From: Pseudomonadales bacterium
Lineage (GTDB): Bacteria > Pseudomonadota > Gammaproteobacteria > Pseudomonadales > Azotimanducaceae
Direction of reading: 5' to 3'
DNA length: 37,954 nt
NCBI GenBank assembly: GCA_016779425.1
Contig: JADHNQ010000001.1
Coordinates: 1-37,954, forward strand
Part shown: positions 31,372 to 37,954 of the stretch, in pieces
Position numbering within the stretch: the first letter of the stretch is position 1
Layout: every line of letters begins with the position of its first letter
Translations under genes and position numbers: made by a program
The notes under the pieces: generated by a model
Database searches by the model: none
Told to the model about the DNA's origin: nothing
The model's input: the letters and a program-made list of their open reading frames with translations, nothing else

Positions 31372-32292
31372 ATGGGGGCTAATTCGGACGAATCATCCAA
31401 GCAATCTTCACCGCGAGAGGTATTCGTAAGAGGTGTGTTGATGGGCTTGGCCGAGCTGGTGCCAGGAGTTTCCGGCGGGACTATCGCCTTTATCAGCGGC
31501 ATCTACTACCGGCTTGTCTCGGCCTTGTCCTCCTTTGGCCCCCAGTCGCTCAAGCTTGTCATGCAGCCGCAGCAGTTTTGGCGACATCACCAGCTAAATT
31601 TTTTGCTCGCCCTTGTCGTCGGCATGGTGGCGGGAATTTTGGTTTTTGCTCGATTTATAGGCTTCATGATGGAGGCTGCAGAGCCTGTGCTATGGGCCTT
31701 CTTTTTCGGGGTTATCGCCGTTTCGGTGTTACAAATCGGTGCTGCTCGTCCGCCGCGCTATCTCGCCGGCTATGGCGTTCTCGGCGTACTGGCGGGCTTG
31801 CTATTTTTGAGCCTACCCAGCGTCGATATGTCCGGATCCATGTTCGCGTTGTTTGTCGCGGGTATGGTGGCTGTCAGCGCTTGGATTTTGCCGGGCATAT
31901 CTGGCAGTTTTGTTCTGCTTTTGCTGGGGTTGTATGACGACGTGATTTTGGCGGTGAATCAGCTGGACTGGACGTTTCTTCTGGTCTTAGCGGGTGGGTG
32001 CGGTAGCGGGCTACTGCTCTTCACCCGGGCCCTGGGTTGGTTACTCATGCGCTTTGAGGATGCGCTGCTGGCATTTTTGACAGGCTTCATGGCCACAGCG
32101 CTCATCAAACTGTGGCCGTGGCAATTTGTCGCATCACAGTCCGCGCCAGATGCTTATGGCCTTTTTTACACACTCCAATCGCCGCAACAATATGCCGCGG
32201 CGGGCAATGAGGCATTCCTGGGACTGTCCTTAATAGCCGCATTACTCGGGGGGGCGGGCATATGGCTGCTGTCCAAACTGTCGCCCCAGTAG
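31372..32292 (+). CDS. DUF368 family membrane protein (putative undecaprenyl-phosphate translocase)
   Basis: Motifs MG.AE.VPGVSGGTIA..SGIY and ILPGISGSF.LLLLG.Y, KLWPW; many TM segments. Confidence 0.88.
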   Translation: MGANSDESSKQSSPREVFVRGVLMGLAELVPGVSGGTIAFISGIYYRLVSALSSFGPQSLKLVMQPQQFWRHHQLNFLLALVVGMVAGILVFARFIGFMMEAAEPVLWAFFFGVIAVSVLQIGAARPPRYLAGYGVLGVLAGLLFLSLPSVDMSGSMFALFVAGMVAVSAWILPGISGSFVLLLLGLYDDVILAVNQLDWTFLLVLAGGCGSGLLLFTRALGWLLMRFEDALLAFLTGFMATALIKLWPWQFVASQSAPDAYGLFYTLQSPQQYAAAGNEAFLGLSLIAALLGGAGIWLLSKLSPQ

Positions 32293-33170
32293 TGGTACGT
32301 GTCCGGCCTTATAAGTTACGCAGTCTGCGCCTTAGTCGTCGGCTGCGCCTGCTTTGGGCCGGCTTGTTCTGCATAGGCATGCTGGGTGGCTGCGCCGCAC
32401 CGGGGTCCCCTCCGGTTACAGACCGATCACTTGCCGACAGGAATCAACAAACCTATGTCGTAGTTCGCGGTGACACACTTTATTCAATCGCCTGGAGGTT
32501 CAATTTGGATCATCGTCGGCTGGCCACAGCAAACGGCATAGGTGCGCCCTTCACCATTTACCCCGGCCAAAAACTGCGGCTTTCAGAAGCGCCCAAATCA
32601 GCCCCCGCCAAGGTAGCGAAAACCCCGGGCAGCCCTGCTGATCGCGGTGGTGTTGCGACTCGTAAGCCAGCGCCAAAATCTTCGAACACCGGCAAACCGG
32701 CTGTGGCGACAAAACCGGCGGTAGTGGCTCGAACCAAAGCCAAGCCAGCACAGCAGCCGAGAAGCACAGCCACAAAGCCAAAACAGGCTTCGTCCACCCC
32801 GCGCAGCGGTCAGACATGGTACCGACCATTGCCCCAGCGCCCCAGCGTGCCGTTCGGTATCAATAACAAGGGTCTCGACTATGCGATTACAGCCAGAGCG
32901 AAGGTACGCAGCACCCGAAGTGGTGAAGTGGTTTATGCGGGTAATGGTATTGCTGGATTTGAGCGCCTCGTGATCGTAAAACATACAACGGATCTTTTGA
33001 GTGCTTATAGCTTTAACGGCAAAGTCCAGGTGTCCGAACAGCAGCGGGTGCGGGGTGGAGCGGTTATAGCCGAGATTTTGCCGCGACCTGGAGTTGGCCA
33101 GAAGCTGCACTTTGAAGTGCGGCGCCAGGGGCAGCCCATCAATCCTGCGACGGTGCTGCCAAAGAGTTAG
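32292..33170 (+). CDS. nlpD: LysM plus degenerate M23 lipoprotein (NlpD-like amidase activator)
   Basis: Probable GTG at 32292 (TAGTG overlap); lipobox LGGC; LysM YVVVRGDTLYSIAW; Pro/Ala/Lys linker; NKGLD, GEVVYAG, SAY, LHFEVR. Confidence 0.85.
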   Translation: MVRVRPYKLRSLRLSRRLRLLWAGLFCIGMLGGCAAPGSPPVTDRSLADRNQQTYVVVRGDTLYSIAWRFNLDHRRLATANGIGAPFTIYPGQKLRLSEAPKSAPAKVAKTPGSPADRGGVATRKPAPKSSNTGKPAVATKPAVVARTKAKPAQQPRSTATKPKQASSTPRSGQTWYRPLPQRPSVPFGINNKGLDYAITARAKVRSTRSGEVVYAGNGIAGFERLVIVKHTTDLLSAYSFNGKVQVSEQQRVRGGAVIAEILPRPGVGQKLHFEVRRQGQPINPATVLPKS

Positions 33171-33172
33171 GT

Positions 33173-33496
33173 TTAACGTTCGAGCAGGGCTAACTTACCC
33201 GGCTTACCATCCCACTCTTCCGCGTCGGCAGGCGATTCCTTGATTTCGGTAATGTTCGGCCAAAGCTCGGCGAGCTCAGCGTTCAGCTCGATGAATGCCT
33301 CCTGATCCTCAGGCACTTCATCGTCCGCGAAAATCGCATCCACCGGGCACTCGGGTTCGCATAGGGCGCAGTCTATGCACTCGTCAGGATGAATCACCAA
33401 CATGTTGGGCCCTTCGTAAAAGCAGTCGACGGGACAGACTTCGACGCAGTCAGTGTGCTTACACTTGATGCAGTTTTCGCCAACGATGAAAGTCAT
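33173..33496 (-). CDS. fdxA: 7Fe ferredoxin (FdxA/FdI type), 107 aa
   Basis: [29 protein letters not shown]...[12 protein letters not shown]; start set at ATG 33496 with SD AAGGTG. Confidence 0.96.
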   Translation of the reverse strand: MTFIVGENCIKCKHTDCVEVCPVDCFYEGPNMLVIHPDECIDCALCEPECPVDAIFADDEVPEDQEAFIELNAELAELWPNITEIKESPADAEEWDGKPGKLALLER

Positions 33497-33579
33497 ATGA
33501 ATCACCTTAATAACATCTGGGACAATCCCGCCCAGGCCATGAGATGGACCGCGAAAAAGGCGGTGATGAAAAGCGCGGT

Positions 33580-33607
33580 AGTGTAACCGAGAGGCGCGGA
33601 CTGTCTA
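33580..33607 (-). promoter_or_regulatory. Predicted sigma70 promoter of fdxA
   Basis: On the minus strand TAGACA-16 nt-TACACT, directly after the mutS stop. Confidence 0.5.
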
Positions 33608-33612
33608 GTCGG

Positions 33613-36291
33613 CTAGGGTGCTTGGTCGGCTTTTCCTTCGGCAAGTTGCTGCAGGCGATCGAGAATGTCCAAGGCTTGGCGCGGTGTCAGGTCGTTGACG
33701 TCGATCTTGCTCAGTTCTTCGAACACTTCCGCTGCACGTTCATCGGCGGCCTTTGATGCTGTGGACGTGTCTTCCTTGATCACTGGCTGTGAACCAGACG
33801 CAACGTTTGCAACAAATAGATCCGACTGGCCTGTTGTCGCCGTATCACCCAGCACAGCTTGCTGCTCAAAACCGCGCAGTTTCGTCCTGGCAATGTCTAA
33901 AACAGGTTTCGGTACGCCGGCGAGTTTGGCGACCTGAATCCCGTAGCTCTGGCTAGCGGCCCCAGACTGCACTTGGTAAAGAAATACGATGTCTCCTCGG
34001 TGTTCCTTGGCACTGAGGTGAACATTTCCCACGTTGGGGCAGCGCGTAGGAAGGCTCGTCAGCTCGAAATAATGCGTCGCGAACAGCGTCAGTGCATGGC
34101 TTTGCTCAGCCAGGTGTTGCGCGCATGCCCAAGCAAGGGCGAGACCATCGTATGTGCTGGTGCCGCGACCGATTTCATCAAGCAAGACAAGAGAGTAGGG
34201 GCTCGCGTTATGGAGTATGTGTGCGGTTTCGGTCATCTCGACCATAAAGGTGGAACGACCGCTGGTTAAATCGTCTGCTGCGCCAATACGCGTAAAAATA
34301 CGATCAATTGGGCCAAGCGTCGCAGCTTCGGCGGGCACATAGCTACCAACATAGGCGAGCAGGCTGATCAGTGCGACTTGCCGCATGTAGGTCGACTTAC
34401 CGCCCATATTGGGTCCCGTCACGATCAGCATGCTCTGATGGGGCGACAGGGTCAGATCGTTGGCGATAAAGGCGTCAGTGGAACTGTTCTTCACGACCGG
34501 ATGCCAGCCCTGAGTGATTTGGACACCACGTTGTTCAGTAAAGTTCGGGGCGTGGAATCCCAGGGTATATGCGCGCTCGGCCAAACAGGCAAGCACATCG
34601 CATTGGGCCACGGCCTGGGCGGCATTTCTTAACGCTTTTGATACATCTGCCAGTTCGATGAGCAGATCGCCAAAAAGGCGCCGTTCTAGCTGCAGCGACT
34701 GCCCCTGGCTGCGAAGAGCACCTTCTTCAAAGGCCTTAAGTGCTGGCGTGATGTAGCGCTCGGCGTTTTTCAATGTCTGCCGGCGCACATACTCATCCGG
34801 CACTTCTCCCTTTGCAGCCTTGGATGTCTCGATGTAGTAACCGTGCACTCGGTTATAGCCCACTTTTAGGGAGCTGATACCCGTCCGTTCGCGCTCGGCT
34901 TGCTCGAGTTCTGCCAGCCAATTTGCCGAGTGGCTGGTGACTTTGCGCAGCTGATCTAGCTCTTCACTAAAGCCGCCTGCGAAAACCCCGCCTTCACGAA
35001 GGGTTACCGGTGGTTCATCGACTAGAGCCTCCGTGAGTTTGCTGTGCAGATGGGTGAAGTCGCCCAAGGAATCGATTAACTGCTGGTTGAGTTCGCCGTT
35101 GATGGGGTGCAGCGTGTCCTTGATCACTGGAAGCTGACCCAAGGCGTCTCTTAGCTTGCCAATGTCCCGGGGTGAGGCAGAACCCAAATTGATCCGGGTC
35201 AGTATGCGCTCCAGATCGCCTACGGGCTTCACGCTGGCTCGAATATCCTCGCCAGCTCGGGCGGCGAGAACGTCGGTCACCCAATGCTGACGCTGGATCA
35301 CGCCATCGACATTGCGTAATGGTTCATGCAGCCAGCGCTGCAGTAAGCGGCTGCCCATGGGCGTCACAGTGGTGTCCATCAGGCTCAGCAGCGTGTGATC
35401 GGTCGCACCATTACTGCGGACATCGATCTCTAGATTGCGCCGGGACTGAGCGTCCATGCCGATGCACTGATCGTCTTGTTTGTGAATCACATGCTGCAGA
35501 AAGTCTAGCGCCTGGCATTGGGTGCTCTGGACGTAGGCCAAAGCCGTGGCACCAGCGACGAGGCAAGGAGCCTCAGGGTGAATGCCAGCAACCGTAGCTA
35601 CATCGTGCTGAAAGTGTTTATTCAGAGCCGCAGAAGCACGTTGAATTTGATACTTAGTTTCATCAAGACAGGTCACGGCAGCGAAAGCAGCCAGCGACTC
35701 CTGCCATCGCGCAGCCTGGTTTGCGGGCAACAAAATCTCAGCTGGGCGCACGGCAGTAATCGCATCAAGTAGCAGATCCTCAGACGATAATTGCTGAAGT
35801 ATTAGTTGAGCTGACGAAAGATTGAGCAGGGCTAGACCGATTTGATGCTCGGTAAAATACAGCGCAGCTGTCGCGCTGTCGGACTTGGTTTCCAGTAAGG
35901 CATCGTCGGTGAGGGTGCCCGGCGTGACAATGCGCTGCACTCGGCGCTCCACCGGGCCCTTGCTCGTCGCCGGATCACCGACCTGCTCGCAAATGGCGAC
36001 ACTGCGCCCCAGTTTTACCAATCGCGCTAGGTAGGCGTCTGCCGCGTGGTAGGGCACACCGCACATGGGTATGGGTTCATTACCGGCATGACCCCGCGCC
36101 GTTAGCGTGATGTCGAGCAGGTCTGAGGCGACTTTTGCGTCTTCAAAGAACAGTTCATAAAAGTCACCCATTCGATAAAACAGCAGGGCATCGGCGTGGG
36201 CGGCCTTGATGCTGAGATATTGCTGCATCATCGGGGTGAGTTTGCTAGCGTCGGGATGGACTGATTCTGGAGCAGAAGGTGTAGATCGCAT
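33613..36291 (-). CDS. mutS: DNA mismatch repair protein MutS
   Basis: Motifs [18 protein letters not shown], Walker [40 protein letters not shown]. Confidence 0.99.
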   Translation of the reverse strand: MRSTPSAPESVHPDASKLTPMMQQYLSIKAAHADALLFYRMGDFYELFFEDAKVASDLLDITLTARGHAGNEPIPMCGVPYHAADAYLARLVKLGRSVAICEQVGDPATSKGPVERRVQRIVTPGTLTDDALLETKSDSATAALYFTEHQIGLALLNLSSAQLILQQLSSEDLLLDAITAVRPAEILLPANQAARWQESLAAFAAVTCLDETKYQIQRASAALNKHFQHDVATVAGIHPEAPCLVAGATALAYVQSTQCQALDFLQHVIHKQDDQCIGMDAQSRRNLEIDVRSNGATDHTLLSLMDTTVTPMGSRLLQRWLHEPLRNVDGVIQRQHWVTDVLAARAGEDIRASVKPVGDLERILTRINLGSASPRDIGKLRDALGQLPVIKDTLHPINGELNQQLIDSLGDFTHLHSKLTEALVDEPPVTLREGGVFAGGFSEELDQLRKVTSHSANWLAELEQAERERTGISSLKVGYNRVHGYYIETSKAAKGEVPDEYVRRQTLKNAERYITPALKAFEEGALRSQGQSLQLERRLFGDLLIELADVSKALRNAAQAVAQCDVLACLAERAYTLGFHAPNFTEQRGVQITQGWHPVVKNSSTDAFIANDLTLSPHQSMLIVTGPNMGGKSTYMRQVALISLLAYVGSYVPAEAATLGPIDRIFTRIGAADDLTSGRSTFMVEMTETAHILHNASPYSLVLLDEIGRGTSTYDGLALAWACAQHLAEQSHALTLFATHYFELTSLPTRCPNVGNVHLSAKEHRGDIVFLYQVQSGAASQSYGIQVAKLAGVPKPVLDIARTKLRGFEQQAVLGDTATTGQSDLFVANVASGSQPVIKEDTSTASKAADERAAEVFEELSKIDVNDLTPRQALDILDRLQQLAEGKADQAP

Positions 36292-36391
36292 CGGAATTCG
36301 GGTTCACATCAGCCCAGAATGAGGAAGTAGTGAACTACAGCGGGTAAATGGCCGTCAACTGGCGGAGTGGCCTAAAACCTAAAAATGAGCC

Positions 36392-36420
36392 TTGCGGCGA
36401 CTACTGAACGAATATACAGT
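36392..36420 (+). promoter_or_regulatory. Predicted recA promoter
   Basis: TTGCGG(36392-36397)-17 nt-TACAGT(36415-36420), overlapped by the SOS box. Confidence 0.55.
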
Positions 36421-36421
36421 A
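36402..36421. promoter_or_regulatory. LexA (SOS) box
   Basis: TACTGAACGAATATACAGTA = TA-CTG-N10-CAG-TA, 50 nt upstream of recA. Confidence 0.9.
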
Positions 36422-36471
36422 CTGGCTAAGACGTATGCGGAACGACACTAGGAAAGATACGAGGAAAGACA

Positions 36472-37584
36472 ATGGCGAAGGAAAGTGTAAAAGCAGGTAG
36501 CTCCGACAGGGCAGGCCCTGAAAAAGAGCGAGCCCTGAGCGCTGCACTGGCGCAAATCGAGCGGCAATTTGGTAAGGGCTCCATGATGCGCTTGGGGGAC
36601 AAAGAGCTGGTCACCATACCGTCGATCTCAACGGGCTCTCTTGGCCTGGATGTTGCGCTGGGAATTGGAGGTCTGCCTAAGGGGCGGGTTGTAGAGATTT
36701 ACGGTCCCGAATCATCGGGTAAAACCACCCTCACACTGCAGGTCATTGCTGAGGCACAAAAAGCGGGTGGTACCTGTGCCTTCATCGACGCGGAGCACGC
36801 GCTAGATCCAATGTATGCCCAGGCCCTGGGCGTGGACACCGACAACCTACTGGTTTCGCAACCCGACACAGGGGAGCAGGCTCTTGAAATCTGCGACATG
36901 TTAGTGCGCTCAGCCGCAGTCGATGTTGTCATCGTGGACTCCGTCGCGGCACTGACTCCCCGAGCAGAGATCGAAGGAGATATGGGCGACAGCCATGTCG
37001 GCCTGCAAGCGCGTCTGATGAGCCAAGCGCTCCGCAAAATGACCGGTAATATCAAGCAGTCCAATACCCTAGTCGTATTTATTAACCAAATACGCATGAA
37101 AATCGGGGTGATGTTTGGTTCTCCCGAAACAACAACCGGCGGTAATGCACTGAAGTTCTATTCTTCGGTTCGATTGGATATTCGCCGCATCGGTGCCGTG
37201 AAGAATGGCGACGAAGTTGTGGGTAATGAGACTCGAGTTAAGGTCGTGAAAAATAAAGTGGCACCGCCATTCCGGCAAACCGAATTTCAGATCTTGTATG
37301 GCCAAGGCATCCATCGCACCGGTGAGATACTCGAACTGGGTGTCGAGCAGAACTTGGTTGAAAAATCTGGAGCTTGGTACTCCTACAACGGTGAGCGCAT
37401 CGGCCAGGGACGCAAGAACGCTGCAGACTTCTTGGATGATCACCCCGAGCTCAAAGAGGAGATCGAAGGCCGCATCAGACAGCTGCTCATGCCGGCCCTT
37501 GGCGAGGGTGGCGACAATGTTGAAGCCCTTGCTGGCGATGCAGGCGAGTCGGGTTTGGGCGAGCCAGGCGCACCAGAAGCCTAG
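36472..37584 (+). CDS. recA: Recombinase A
   Basis: Motifs [50 protein letters not shown]; acidic C-terminal tail. Confidence 0.99.
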   Translation: MAKESVKAGSSDRAGPEKERALSAALAQIERQFGKGSMMRLGDKELVTIPSISTGSLGLDVALGIGGLPKGRVVEIYGPESSGKTTLTLQVIAEAQKAGGTCAFIDAEHALDPMYAQALGVDTDNLLVSQPDTGEQALEICDMLVRSAAVDVVIVDSVAALTPRAEIEGDMGDSHVGLQARLMSQALRKMTGNIKQSNTLVVFINQIRMKIGVMFGSPETTTGGNALKFYSSVRLDIRRIGAVKNGDEVVGNETRVKVVKNKVAPPFRQTEFQILYGQGIHRTGEILELGVEQNLVEKSGAWYSYNGERIGQGRKNAADFLDDHPELKEEIEGRIRQLLMPALGEGGDNVEALAGDAGESGLGEPGAPEA

Positions 37585-37596
37585 CTAGGATCGCTT

Positions 37597-37954
37597 GTGA
37601 GGCTCAAGGAAGGAGCAGGTTTAAGTCCGAAAGACGCTGGGAATCAGGCTAAATGCTACGGAGCGGCGGTGCGTTTGCTGGGGACAAGAGAGTACAGTGT
37701 TCTCGAGTTATCCACCAAGTTGCAGCGCCGCTTTTTAGTTGACGTTGTCAATGACGTAATCACTGAGCTTCAGGATTTGGGTCTGCTGTGTAATACACGC
37801 TACGGCGAAGCCTTCTGCAGGAGCCGCGTTGATCGCGGCTACGGCCCGGTGTTTATTAAGCGAGAACTTGAGCAGAACGGCTTGGACAAAGAGCTAATAG
37901 AAACCCTGCTCGCACCCTATAACGAACAATGGCTGGCTAGGGCCATCGTGCAGG
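37597..37954 (+). CDS. recX: Regulatory protein RecX, 5' part (runs off the window edge)
   Basis: Not in the ORF track. GTG at 37597 after AGGA gives MRLKEG...AVRLLGTREYSVLELSTKL...GLLCNTRYGEAFCRSR..RGYGP.FIKRELEQNG, the RecX pattern; directly after recA. Confidence 0.9.
   Translation, partial: MRLKEGAGLSPKDAGNQAKCYGAAVRLLGTREYSVLELSTKLQRRFLVDVVNDVITELQDLGLLCNTRYGEAFCRSRVDRGYGPVFIKRELEQNGLDKELIETLLAPYNEQWLARAIVQ

Noticed and set aside
32860-33125. M23 domain lacking zinc ligands as a sign of pseudogenisation
   Set aside because: A degenerate M23 site is the normal state of NlpD-type amidase activators.

Overview
This is a core chromosomal housekeeping region of a gammaproteobacterium with Pseudomonadales-like gene order. 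I found no mobile element, CRISPR array, tRNA or rRNA. On the minus strand lie map-glnD-dapC-dapD-dapE (dapE truncated by the window edge). A ~26.5 kb plus-strand run follows: rpsB-tsf-pyrH-frr-uppS-cdsA-rseP-bamA-skp-lpxD-fabZ-lpxA-lpxB-rnhB-dnaE-tilS-pyrG-kdsA-eno-ftsB-truD-pcm-DUF368-nlpD. The window ends with fdxA and mutS (minus), then recA with a LexA box and recX (truncated). I see no new multi-gene accessory system; the interesting signals are finer-grained. (1) The pyrG promoter/leader has the geometry of the pyrC-type CTP-sensing transcription start-site switch. (2) LpxA, LpxD and LpxB all carry substitutions in normally conserved motifs, hinting at an unusual lipid A precursor. (3) Genes usually found in this cluster are cleanly absent: dxr, ispD and ispF (all MEP pathway), accA, surE, rpoS and cinA. 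(4) A 241-nt repeat-containing spacer separates pyrH and frr. (5) RNase HII has GIG in place of GRG. (6) An in-frame upstream ORF abuts the DUF368 gene. Comparisons with E. coli and P. aeruginosa are from recalled sequences and gene order and need confirming by alignment.
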